Assembly: GCA_017450135.1 (NCBI GenBank)
Contig: JAFSXA010000018.1
Location: 1-40,484 of the forward strand
Origin: Clostridia bacterium
GTDB lineage: Bacteria; Bacillota; Clostridia; Oscillospirales; Acutalibacteraceae
Reading direction: 5' to 3'
Length of the DNA: 40,484 nucleotides
Shown here: piece after piece, positions 1 through 13,036 of the stretch
Layout: every line of letters begins with the position of its first letter
Position numbering within the stretch: the first letter of the stretch is position 1
Notes under the pieces: generated by a model
Database searches by the model: none
The model's input: only the letters and a program-made list of their open reading frames with translations
What the model was told of the DNA's origin: nothing
Position numbers and translations under genes: made by a program

Positions 1-737
<737 letters not shown>

Positions 738-783
738 TAAAATACCGTTGTAATTCTAAGACTTATGAAAAGGGGCTGTCAGT

Positions 784-4401
<3,618 letters not shown>

Positions 4402-4430
4402 GCTTTGAATTGACATAACAGAATTTACAG

Positions 4431-4467
4431 GCAGCCTTTGTCCCACGGGACGGGGGCTGCTTTTTTT
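4431..4467 (+). terminator. Intrinsic terminator after rpoC
   Basis: GCAGCC(TTT)GTCC..GGAC(GGG)GGCTGC forms a long stem. Arms are at 4431-4443 and 4448-4460, including G-U pairs. T7 follows at 4461-4467. Confidence 0.85.
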
Positions 4468-4521
4468 CGTCCGTTTATAACGTCAATTGTACGATTTCGA
4501 CAAATACAGAGGACATATTTT

Positions 4522-4546
4522 AAGCACTTTTGTAGTGCTTTTTTTT
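4522..4546 (+). terminator. Second, weaker intrinsic terminator after rpoC
   Basis: AAGCACT (4522-4528) and AGTGCTT (4534-4540) form a 7-bp stem with a 5-nt loop that runs into a T8 tract ending at 4546. Confidence 0.5.
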
Positions 4547-4556
4547 ATTGAAACAA

Positions 4557-4584
4557 TTGACTTTGTTTTCAAATGTAGTATAAT
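4557..4584 (+). promoter_or_regulatory. SigA-type promoter of the dcw cluster (PmraZ)
   Basis: TTGACT (4557-4562), 16-nt spacer, TATAAT (4579-4584). It sits about 78 nt upstream of the mraZ start and directly after the rpoC terminators. Confidence 0.65.
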
Positions 4585-4612
4585 ATAACCAAGGTAGGAG
4601 AAAATGGCAGGG

Positions 4613-4630
4613 TTTCCCGCATTTTCCCGC
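4613..4630. repeat. Two phased direct repeats of TTTCCCGC (complement GCGGGAAA) in the mraZ leader
   Basis: TTTCCCGC occurs at 4613-4620 and again at 4623-4630, an exact 10-bp period, downstream of the predicted -10 element. Confidence 0.6.
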
Positions 4631-4661
4631 GAAATTTCAGAATCAAAGGGAGTGATACATC

Positions 4662-5093
4662 GTGCTCTTTGCCGGCAATTATGATCGCACGCTCGACAAT
4701 AAGAACAGGATAGTTATGCCTCCCAAGCTCAAAACCTGCCTTGAAGGGGAGTCCATATTCCTCTGCCACCAGCCGAACGAATCCTTCCTCAGAGCGTATA
4801 AGAATTCGGAGTGGGAGAGGCTGGCGGAAAAATACCTGCTTGTCGACAATGACGACGTGGACCGCAGCCGGATACAGAGAATGATCTTCCTCAACGGAGA
4901 GAACTGTACTTTTGACGGCTCGGGCAGATTTACCGTAAACCCGAAATTCTGCAAAATGGTCGGCATAGAAAAGGACGTCGTTATGCTGGGCGTCGGCAAA
5001 AGGATAGAGATATGGGGCAAGGAAGTCTTCGAGAAGAATCTTGGCGACATACTTTATGAGGAGCCCGGTGCCGGCTCGGTATTCCCGTACTGA
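4662..5093 (+). CDS. mraZ: Transcriptional regulator MraZ
   Basis: 143 aa, GTG start, GGGAG Shine-Dalgarno. The N-terminus LFAGNYDRTLDNKNRIVMPPKLK and the second half GSGRFTVNPKFCKMVGIEKDVVMLGVGKRIEIW form the duplicated SpoVT/AbrB-like MraZ repeats. It is the first gene of the dcw cluster. Confidence 0.95.
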   Translation: MLFAGNYDRTLDNKNRIVMPPKLKTCLEGESIFLCHQPNESFLRAYKNSEWERLAEKYLLVDNDDVDRSRIQRMIFLNGENCTFDGSGRFTVNPKFCKMVGIEKDVVMLGVGKRIEIWGKEVFEKNLGDILYEEPGAGSVFPY

Positions 5094-6022
5094 TGGATGG
5101 CTTTAACCACATTCCCGTCCTGCTCAACGAGACGATCGACGCTCTGGACGTCAAGAGGGACGGAACATATGTTGACTGCACGGCCGGCGGAGGCTCGCAT
5201 TCCGCGGCTCTTCTGGACAGGCTTTCCGAAAAGGGCAGGATTGTATGCATAGACCGTGACCCTGAGGCGATCGACTGCCTGAAGCGCAGGTTTACCGACG
5301 ACCCCCGCGTCACAACGGTCAAGGGAAACTATGTTGATATCATTAATTTGCTTTCCGACCTCGGACTTGTCGGTGTCGACGGCGTGATGGCGGATCTGGG
5401 CGTTAGTTCCCATCAGCTCGACACCGACGAACGAGGCTTTTCCTTCCACAAAGACGCTCCGCTCGACATGAGGATGTCGCTTGAAGGCGTGAGCGCCGCA
5501 GATATTGTAAATAACGCCTCCAAGGAAGAATTAAAGCGTATCATCTTCACCTACGGCGAGGAAAAATACGCCCCCTCGATCGCCGAGAACATAGTAAAGG
5601 CGAGGGAGAAGGCGCCGATACGCACCACCTTTGAGCTGGTGGATATCATCAAGTCCTCCATGCCGATGAAGGCAAAGCGCGACGCGCACCCGGCACGCAG
5701 AACCTTTCAGGCACTCAGGATCGAGGTGAATCACGAAATAGAGGATCTTGAGGCTGCGGTGAATGATATGTTCACTGTTCTGAAGCCCGGCGGCAGACTT
5801 GCGATAATCACCTTTCATTCGCTCGAAGACAGAATAGTAAAGAAGAGCTTCAACAGCTTCTGCACCGGCTGTACCTGCCCTCCGGAGTTTCCGGTCTGCG
5901 TATGCGGAAAAAAACCGAGGGGAAGGCTCCCGTTCAAATCACGGGCGCCCTCAGCCGAAGAGACGCAAAACAATTACAGAGCGCACAGCGCGAGGCTCAG
6001 AGCCATAGAAAAAATCACGTAA
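5093..6022 (+). CDS. rsmH: 16S rRNA (cytosine1402-N4)-methyltransferase RsmH (MraW)
   Basis: 309 aa. HIPVLLNETIDAL..YVDCTAGGGSHS..DLGVSSHQLD..RGFSF..FQALRIEVNHE are the RsmH signature blocks. Its ATG overlaps the mraZ TGA (TGATG). Confidence 0.96.
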   Translation: MDGFNHIPVLLNETIDALDVKRDGTYVDCTAGGGSHSAALLDRLSEKGRIVCIDRDPEAIDCLKRRFTDDPRVTTVKGNYVDIINLLSDLGLVGVDGVMADLGVSSHQLDTDERGFSFHKDAPLDMRMSLEGVSAADIVNNASKEELKRIIFTYGEEKYAPSIAENIVKAREKAPIRTTFELVDIIKSSMPMKAKRDAHPARRTFQALRIEVNHEIEDLEAAVNDMFTVLKPGGRLAIITFHSLEDRIVKKSFNSFCTGCTCPPEFPVCVCGKKPRGRLPFKSRAPSAEETQNNYRAHSARLRAIEKIT

Positions 6023-6043
6023 AAAGAGAAGGGAGAAGAAAAA

Positions 6044-6523
6044 ATGGCCGATTATTATGACGGTCTTGCTTTTGACCTTGATATATTTGACGACGCAAAG
6101 AACGGCTACGTCCCGGAACTTAAAAAGGAAAAGAAGCTGAAGCTCCCGAGGCTCCTGGAGCCAAAAAGGGAGACGGAGGCTCAGATAGAAGCGCGCGTAA
6201 GAGCGGGCAGATTTGCCGCGCTGAAGGCGCTGGCATTTTGCCTGTCTGCTCTTTTGCTTCTCGGTTCGATCATTTACGGTCAGGTTGCACTGACGAATCT
6301 GCAGGCGGAGCTTCGTGAGCAGAAGCGCGAGCTTCAGATAGCTAAAAGCGAATGCGTAAGGCTCAACACGGAGGTCAACTCCATGCTCTCAATGAGCAAG
6401 GTCGAGGAATATGCCCGCGACAGGCTCGGAATGGTCAAGCAGGAGAACTGCCAGATCTATTATTACGATATCTCCGAAGGCGGCGGAGCAGAGCTCACCG
6501 CATCCGGCAGTGTAAACAGATGA
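6044..6523 (+). CDS. ftsL: Cell division protein FtsL (septum-formation initiator family)
   Basis: 159 aa. It has a single transmembrane segment (FAALKALAFCLSALLLLGSIIYGQV) followed by a coiled-coil (LQAELREQKRELQIAKSECVRLNTEV) and the conserved YARDRLGM motif. It sits in the canonical position between rsmH and the PBP. Confidence 0.85.
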   Translation: MADYYDGLAFDLDIFDDAKNGYVPELKKEKKLKLPRLLEPKRETEAQIEARVRAGRFAALKALAFCLSALLLLGSIIYGQVALTNLQAELREQKRELQIAKSECVRLNTEVNSMLSMSKVEEYARDRLGMVKQENCQIYYYDISEGGGAELTASGSVNR

Positions 6524-6555
6524 ATAGTACAAGTTCAACAATGCATATTTATATA

Positions 6556-6576
6556 GGGCGGATTTAATATCCGCCC
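6556..6576 (+). other. Perfect 8-bp GC-rich hairpin between ftsL and the PBP gene (possible partial terminator or RNA-stability element)
   Basis: GGGCGGAT (6556-6563), loop TTAAT, ATCCGCCC (6569-6576). It is followed by the moderately T-rich TTAATACCCTTATTTTACG. Confidence 0.45.
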
Positions 6577-6632
6577 TTAATACCCTTATTTTACGTTATA
6601 TTTTGATATATCGAACGGAGAGGAGTACGGCC

Positions 6633-8915
6633 GTGAAAGAGAGATTGCTGAAGCTATTGAGACCCAAAAAGATATTAAAGAAGAATTTACATAAAAGAGC
6701 GGTCTGGGTGCTGGCGGTTTTGATGATCCTCGGCTTCGGTTCGTCGATATTCGGCCTTGCGTATACCCAGCTTGTAAAGGGAGAATTCTTTAAGACCAAG
6801 GCGCAGACACAGCAGCTCAGCGATACGAGCGTAACGGCGCAGAGGGGAGTTATCTACGACGCCAATATGACCGTCCTTGCGCAGAGCGCCGCAGTGTGGA
6901 AGGTCACAATGAATCCGATGGAACTGTCAAAATTCCCCGGGGAAAACAAGGAGCTGCTCTTTGAAAAGCTCATTGATATCCTCGGAGTTTCACGGGAGCT
7001 GCTCGAAGAAAAGGCCTCACACACCAAGCTCAACAATGTTGTCATAAAGGGCAAGGTGGAAAAGAGCGACAGGGATGCGCTCGATGAATTCCTGTCTACA
7101 TATTATGTTGACAGTAAAAAGGTCAAGCATTATTACAAGTCGGCTGTCACTCTCGAGGACGACGTCAAAAGGTACTATCCCTATTCAAACCTCGCCTCGC
7201 AGATAATAGGCTTTACCGGTAACGATAACGACGGCCTCTCCGGACTGGAGTACTACTACAACAATGAGCTCACCGGAATCGACGGCAGAATAGTCTCAAA
7301 CAAGGGTGTTGCCAACTATGACGGATCCGAGGACTATGAGTCGGTGCATGACGCCGTGCAGGGCACGAGCCTTGTGCTGACGATGGACGAGACGATCCAG
7401 CGCTTTCTTGAGAGCGCGCTTCAGGATTGCTACGAGACCAGCAAGTGCGACAGCTGCTGCGGCATAGTTATGGACGTGAAAACGGGAGCTATTCTCGCTA
7501 TGTCGTCAAAGCAGGATTACGATCTCAACGATCCGTTCACTATCTACGATGAGAAGACCCGCAGGGAGATAGAGGGAATTGAGGATGAGGATGAGCGCTC
7601 TCAGGCTCTTGCCAACGGCCGCCAATTCCAGTGGAACAACAGAGCAGTGACGGATATGTACGAGCCGGGCTCGGTGTTCAAGGTCATAACTATGGCGGCG
7701 GGACTCGAGGAGAACGTCGTGAAATACGACGAGACCTTTAACTGCTCCGGCAGCATAAGGATCCTCGACAGGCTCTATTACTGCCACAATCATTCGGGCC
7801 ACGGAACCCAGAGTCTTACTCAGGGACTCATGAATTCCTGCAACCCGTTTTTCATAACCATTGGACAGAGGCTCGGCGCAGATATCTTTTATAAATATTT
7901 TGAGGCGTTCGGCTTTACAGAGAAGACGGGTATAGATCTCCCGGGCGAAAGCCTGCCTAAGAAGGATATAAACTATTTCTCAAAGGAAAGGATGACCAAG
8001 GTCAATCTCGCCAGCTCGTCCTTCGGCCAGTCCTTCAAGGTGACTCCGCTGCAGATGCTGACGGCGATAAATGCCGTCGCCAACGGCGGCAAGCTGATGA
8101 AGCCGTACATAGTCGGAAAGACCCTCGATATTGAGGGGAACGTGCTCTCCGAGACAAAGCCGACGGTCAAGCGTCAGGTCATATCGGAATCCACGTCGGA
8201 AAAGATCCTCGCCTCCATGGAACAGGTTTCCACGGCGGGAACGGCAAAGAACTCCTATATTGCCGGCTACCATATGGCAGGCAAGACCGGAACCTCGGAC
8301 GATCTGAACGAGCCCGGCAAGTACATAGCCTCCTTTGCCGGCGCGGCGCCCTCATACGATCCGAGGGTATCCGTTATCATAGTTGTAAACCATCCCCAGG
8401 GAGCGACGGGAGGCGGTGCGGTTGCCGCGCCCGTGGCGGCTGAGGTCATGGAGAATACGCTGACGTATCTTAATGTAGAACGCAGATACAATGATTCAGA
8501 AAAAGAACTGCTTGACAAGGAGGTCCCGAGCCTTATCGGCATGACGGTCGACGAGGCGGACGAGGCTCTTGACGGGGCGGATCTCGGCAAGAAGGTTATC
8601 GGTGACGGTGAAAAGGTCATATCTCAGATACCGTCTGCCGGACAGTATATACCTCAGGGCGGCGTGGTAGTCCTCTACACCGAATCAGACGGCGAGAGGA
8701 AGAAGACGGAGGTACCCGATTTTACGGGAATGTCCGTCTCCGATGCCAACTATGAGGCTGTCAACGCGGGTATCAATATCAAGGTCTCCGGCAACGCTCT
8801 GGAGAGATCGGGGCTTGTTGCCTATCGTCAGAGCGTTGCTCCCGGGACAGAGATCGAGGTCGGCTCGACTGTTACGGTATATTTCCGGACCAACACCGGA
8901 GTCTCCGATCACTGA
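6633..8915 (+). CDS. Class B penicillin-binding protein (FtsI/PBP2B/SpoVD family) with two C-terminal PASTA domains
   Basis: Transpeptidase motifs are present: SVFK (SxxK), SCN (SxN) and KTGT (KTG). Two PASTA-like repeats follow (EVPSLIGMTVDEADEAL.., EVPDFTGMSVSDANYEAV..). The ORF-track start at 6603 has no Shine-Dalgarno. In-frame GTG 6633 is preceded by GGAGAGGAG (6617-6625), so I chose it. Confidence 0.93.
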   Translation: MKERLLKLLRPKKILKKNLHKRAVWVLAVLMILGFGSSIFGLAYTQLVKGEFFKTKAQTQQLSDTSVTAQRGVIYDANMTVLAQSAAVWKVTMNPMELSKFPGENKELLFEKLIDILGVSRELLEEKASHTKLNNVVIKGKVEKSDRDALDEFLSTYYVDSKKVKHYYKSAVTLEDDVKRYYPYSNLASQIIGFTGNDNDGLSGLEYYYNNELTGIDGRIVSNKGVANYDGSEDYESVHDAVQGTSLVLTMDETIQRFLESALQDCYETSKCDSCCGIVMDVKTGAILAMSSKQDYDLNDPFTIYDEKTRREIEGIEDEDERSQALANGRQFQWNNRAVTDMYEPGSVFKVITMAAGLEENVVKYDETFNCSGSIRILDRLYYCHNHSGHGTQSLTQGLMNSCNPFFITIGQRLGADIFYKYFEAFGFTEKTGIDLPGESLPKKDINYFSKERMTKVNLASSSFGQSFKVTPLQMLTAINAVANGGKLMKPYIVGKTLDIEGNVLSETKPTVKRQVISESTSEKILASMEQVSTAGTAKNSYIAGYHMAGKTGTSDDLNEPGKYIASFAGAAPSYDPRVSVIIVVNHPQGATGGGAVAAPVAAEVMENTLTYLNVERRYNDSEKELLDKEVPSLIGMTVDEADEALDGADLGKKVIGDGEKVISQIPSAGQYIPQGGVVVLYTESDGERKKTEVPDFTGMSVSDANYEAVNAGINIKVSGNALERSGLVAYRQSVAPGTEIEVGSTVTVYFRTNTGVSDH

Positions 8916-8955
8916 TAATCTGAAATATTGAATTGAATATTCCGGAGGCGTTTTG

Positions 8956-10392
8956 ATGAAGCTGTCGGCTCTTCTTCCGGAAGTTGAAGCTGTCGGAGGT
9001 TTTGAAGCGGACGTTGAAATAACATCTGTCACGGACGATACCTGCCGGGTCACTCCCGGATGCGCTTTCGTCTGCATCAAGGGCAGAAGCTCTGATTGGC
9101 GCGGGAACGCACGAAGGGCTGTGTCCGGGGGCGCATCGGTACTGATAGCCGAGGAGGACTGCGGCCTTGCAAAAACGATAGTCGTCAGGGACGCACGAAG
9201 AGCGTATGCGCTGATGTGCGCGGCGCTCTGCGGGAACTGTCACAGAGGGCTGAGGATGATCGGTATAACCGGCACCAACGGGAAGACTACCACGGCCTGT
9301 CTGCTGAGGGCGGCGCTCGAAGCGTCCGGAGTACCAACGGGTCTTATCGGCACTGTCGGCGTAGACGCCGGAGGGAGGTTTTATCCCGCTGAGCTTACAA
9401 CGCCCGATCCCTCCGATCTGCACAGATATCTTAGGTCGATGGCTGACTCCGGCTGTGAGGCCTGCGTTATGGAGGTTTCCTCCCAGGCTCTCGACGGAAA
9501 AAGGGTCTGCGGAATCGATTTTGAATGCGGAATATTCACAAATATCTCACCCGAGCACCTCGATTATCACGGGACGATGGAGAATTACGCTCTTGCAAAG
9601 TCCGCTCTGATGCGCTCGAGCGCGGCGGCTGTCATCAATGCCGATGACGAATATGCAGAGCTTATGCGCTCGGCGGCAAAGAACAGATCGTATTTTTACT
9701 CCGTCGGCGGAGAATCATATTATAAGGCGATGAACGTGAAGCTCGGTGAAAACGGCGCGGAGTTTGACTTTTGCGCAGGGGATGAGGTTTACCGTGCCGG
9801 CTGCATGACGCCGGGGATGTTCTCCGTGCGCAACGCGCTGGCGGCTCTTTCCGCCGCCCACACTCTCGGCGCGGATATGCCGAAGGCTGTCTGCGCAGTC
9901 GCCGCCTTTTCCGGCATACCGGGTCGCATGGAGAGAGTCAGGAATGACTTCGGGCTGAATATTATAATTGATTTTGCCCATACCCCGGCCTCGCTTGAAA
10001 ACGCTCTTATGACCCTCAGACAGACCTGCAGAGGAAGGCTGATAACGGTTTTCGGCTGCGGAGGGGACAGGGACAGAAAAAAGCGGCCTTTGATGTGCGA
10101 GGCGGCGCTGAGATACTCCGACAAGGTCTTTGTGACCTCGGACAATCCGAGAACGGAGGATCCGGAGGCGATAATCGCCGATATAACCCGGGGCGTCTCG
10201 GACGACAGGGTTTTCAGGATAACCGACAGGACCGCCGCGATAAGATCGGCGCTCTACTCCGCAAGACAGGGCGATACGGTGCTGATAGCCGGCAAGGGCC
10301 ACGAGAAATATCAGATAATCGGCGTTCAGAAAATACACTACGACGAAAGAGAAATAATACGAAAACTACTGGAAGACAAGGCGAGGTTTTAA
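8956..10392 (+). CDS. murE: UDP-N-acetylmuramoyl-L-alanyl-D-glutamate--2,6-diaminopimelate ligase
   Basis: Mur ligase P-loop GITGTNGKTT. The DNPR motif (VFVTSDNPRTEDP) is typical of meso-DAP-adding MurE. ATG 8956 lies 7 nt after GGAGG (8944-8948). The ORF-track start is TTG 8953. Confidence 0.95.
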   Translation: MKLSALLPEVEAVGGFEADVEITSVTDDTCRVTPGCAFVCIKGRSSDWRGNARRAVSGGASVLIAEEDCGLAKTIVVRDARRAYALMCAALCGNCHRGLRMIGITGTNGKTTTACLLRAALEASGVPTGLIGTVGVDAGGRFYPAELTTPDPSDLHRYLRSMADSGCEACVMEVSSQALDGKRVCGIDFECGIFTNISPEHLDYHGTMENYALAKSALMRSSAAAVINADDEYAELMRSAAKNRSYFYSVGGESYYKAMNVKLGENGAEFDFCAGDEVYRAGCMTPGMFSVRNALAALSAAHTLGADMPKAVCAVAAFSGIPGRMERVRNDFGLNIIIDFAHTPASLENALMTLRQTCRGRLITVFGCGGDRDRKKRPLMCEAALRYSDKVFVTSDNPRTEDPEAIIADITRGVSDDRVFRITDRTAAIRSALYSARQGDTVLIAGKGHEKYQIIGVQKIHYDEREIIRKLLEDKARF

Positions 10393-10393
10393 A

Positions 10394-11755
10394 ATGAAAA
10401 GAATGACTTTGAAAGAGATCGCGGCTCTGGCGGGCGGAACGGCTTCGGGCGACGCCGAGGTGTCGGGGATCACGATAGACAGCAGGAAGGCGGCTCCCGG
10501 CTTCCTGTATATAGCCATAAAGGGGGAGAATCACGACGGCCACGTTTTTATCCCCGGAGCTGTTGAAAACGGCGCAGTCGCCGTTATGGCCGAGCGTGAG
10601 CCGGAGCAGGACGTCCCGTACATTCTTGTTGCGGACACAAGGCAGGCTCTCTTAGACCTTGCGCACAATTACCGACGCGGCTTCGATATACCGATAGTGG
10701 GGCTGACCGGCAGCGTGGGCAAGACGACCACCAAGGAGATGGTTTTCGCCGTTCTCTCCGAAAAATTTGATACTCTCAAGACTGAGGGCAACCTCAATAA
10801 CGAGATAGGTTTGCCGCTGACGCTTCTGCGCCTCGAGGAGAGCACACAGGCGGCGGTGATAGAGATGGGTATGAGCAATCTCGGCGAGATATCGGTTCTT
10901 TCCCTCACGACGGAGCCGACCCTCGCCATAATCAGCAACATAGGCGTCTCCCACATGGAATCCCTCGGCTCGCGCGAGAACATCCTCAAGGCAAAGCTGG
11001 AGATCCTCGACGGTCTTCGCGAGGGCTGTCCGATCCTGCTGAACGGGGACGATCCATACCTCGCCGGAGCCGTGATAGAGGGCAGACCCGTCTATTATTT
11101 CGGCATCAACGACCGTTCCTGCGATTTCAGGGCGGAGGATATAACTCAGGACGGCTTCAAAACTGAATTCACAGCCGTTTTCGATTCAGATAAAAAGCAG
11201 AGGATAGATATTCCCGTTATAGGCATCCATAACGTATATAACGCTCTTGCTGCCTTCGGCGCAGGGCTGCTCACAGGCGTTTCGCCCGAGAGCGCCGCTC
11301 GGGGACTCTCAAAGTACGTCCCGTCCGGGATGAGGCAGAGGGTCAGGGAAGTCAATGACGTCTGCTTCATAGAGGATTGCTATAACGCGAGCCCCGACTC
11401 TCAGCGTGCCGCGCTCAAAACGCTTGCGAGCGTGAACGCACAGCGCCGTATCGCGGTGCTCGGCGATATGCTTGAGCTCGGCAGTATCAGCAGGGACGCC
11501 CACAGGGGAGCGGGCCTGCTGGCCGCCAGGAACAACGTCGATATCCTTTTTACCTACGGCGAGATGTCTAAGGAAACCGCGGATAACGCGATAAAATGCG
11601 GCGTTCCCGTCGTCAGGTCTTTCACCGATAAAAGGACTCTGGCGGACGCCCTTTTCTCTGAAATAAGACACGGCGACGCCGTGCTGTTCAAGGCGAGCAG
11701 AGGTATGGCTCTTGAGGATGTAATAAAGGATCTTTATTCAAGAATGGAAGCGTGA
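10394..11755 (+). CDS. murF: UDP-N-acetylmuramoyl-tripeptide--D-alanyl-D-alanine ligase
   Basis: 453 aa with the P-loop GLTGSVGKTTTKE and the MurF-type C-terminal domain (DCYNASPDS..VLGDMLELG). It starts 1 nt after the murE stop. Confidence 0.95.
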   Translation: MKRMTLKEIAALAGGTASGDAEVSGITIDSRKAAPGFLYIAIKGENHDGHVFIPGAVENGAVAVMAEREPEQDVPYILVADTRQALLDLAHNYRRGFDIPIVGLTGSVGKTTTKEMVFAVLSEKFDTLKTEGNLNNEIGLPLTLLRLEESTQAAVIEMGMSNLGEISVLSLTTEPTLAIISNIGVSHMESLGSRENILKAKLEILDGLREGCPILLNGDDPYLAGAVIEGRPVYYFGINDRSCDFRAEDITQDGFKTEFTAVFDSDKKQRIDIPVIGIHNVYNALAAFGAGLLTGVSPESAARGLSKYVPSGMRQRVREVNDVCFIEDCYNASPDSQRAALKTLASVNAQRRIAVLGDMLELGSISRDAHRGAGLLAARNNVDILFTYGEMSKETADNAIKCGVPVVRSFTDKRTLADALFSEIRHGDAVLFKASRGMALEDVIKDLYSRMEA

Positions 11756-11790
11756 ATAATATATTATTTTGAAAAACGGAGGGCAGAAAT

Positions 11791-13032
11791 ATGTCGTCAG
11801 CCGAACTGAACGATAGAGCGCGCAGAGAGTTGGACGGAGTCGATGAAACGCGCAAAAAAAAGAGAAGAAAACTGAAAATTTTCGGTCAAGAGGTTTTCAA
11901 TGACGGGAGATTTGATATAATATACATGGTGCTCGTCCTCGTGATCCTCACGATAGGACTTGTAATGCTGTTTTCGGCGAGCTATATCACCGCAAAATAC
12001 AGCTCAAAGAGCGACTATGACGCGTACTTTTATATCAAGAAGCAGTTGATATTTACCGTTATCGGACTGCTTTTGATGTTTTTCATCGCAAGACTGAACA
12101 CCGGCTTTATCAAGCTGCTGACCATACCGGTGGCAGTCATCTCTTTTATCCTGCTGGTGGTGGTGCTCATACACCCCTATGAGGTGGCGGGCAAGGAGGG
12201 CATCAGGCGCTGGCTTCAGTTACCGTTGATCGGTACCTTCCAGCCCTCGGATGTCGCCAAGCTCGGTCTTATAATGTTTTATGCCTGGATGCTTGAAAAA
12301 TACAGGAAAAAGCTCGAAAAAAAATGGTGGCTGCAATTCCTGTGCTTTGCGATACTCGCGGTGGTGTGCGTGCTTGTACTGCTTGAAAAGCACCTTTCCG
12401 GTACGATACTGATGTTTATTATCGGTATGTGTATGCTCTACCTCGGAGGTATAGACAACCGTCTGTTTTTCGCGTTGCTCGGAGTCCTGGTGGTCGGCGG
12501 AACAGCGGTCATACTGCTCAGGCACAGAATACTCCCCGAATTCCAGGCGCAGAGAATAGATTCCTTCTTCAATAAGGATTATAACGACACAAACACCAGA
12601 TGGCAGACCAATCAGTCTCTGTTTGCCCTTGGCTCGGGAGGCTTCTTCGGTCTGGGCCTCGGCAATTCTAGGCAGAAGCATATGTTCCTGCCCGAGCCGC
12701 AGAACGACTTTATATTTGCAATAGTCGGCGAGGAGCTCGGCTTCCTGCGTTCCGTGGTAATACTTCTGATATTTGCGATCATCGTATGGCGCGGCTTTGT
12801 TATCGCGACGCGTTCGAGAAGCATATATGACAAGCTGCTTGCCTTCGGTATCTCCGTCCAGGTGGGGATACAGACGATACTAAACATTCTCGTCGTGACC
12901 GATCTGATACCTAATACGGGAATATCTCTCCCGTTTTTCAGCTACGGCGGAACCGCACTGATAATCCAGCTCGTTGAGATGGGTATGGTGCTCTCCGTTT
13001 CGGGACATAAAACGGAAAAAAGAGTAAGGTGA
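11791..13032 (+). CDS. ftsW: SEDS-family peptidoglycan glycosyltransferase FtsW/SpoVE
   Basis: 413 aa and polytopic. It carries FtsW/RodA/SpoVE blocks (QPSDVAKL, LPEPQNDFIFAIVGEELGF, TGISLPFFSYGGTAL). GGAGGG Shine-Dalgarno. It has a 40-aa basic N-terminal extension. Confidence 0.93.
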   Translation: MSSAELNDRARRELDGVDETRKKKRRKLKIFGQEVFNDGRFDIIYMVLVLVILTIGLVMLFSASYITAKYSSKSDYDAYFYIKKQLIFTVIGLLLMFFIARLNTGFIKLLTIPVAVISFILLVVVLIHPYEVAGKEGIRRWLQLPLIGTFQPSDVAKLGLIMFYAWMLEKYRKKLEKKWWLQFLCFAILAVVCVLVLLEKHLSGTILMFIIGMCMLYLGGIDNRLFFALLGVLVVGGTAVILLRHRILPEFQAQRIDSFFNKDYNDTNTRWQTNQSLFALGSGGFFGLGLGNSRQKHMFLPEPQNDFIFAIVGEELGFLRSVVILLIFAIIVWRGFVIATRSRSIYDKLLAFGISVQVGIQTILNILVVTDLIPNTGISLPFFSYGGTALIIQLVEMGMVLSVSGHKTEKRVR

Positions 13033-13036
13033 TTCT

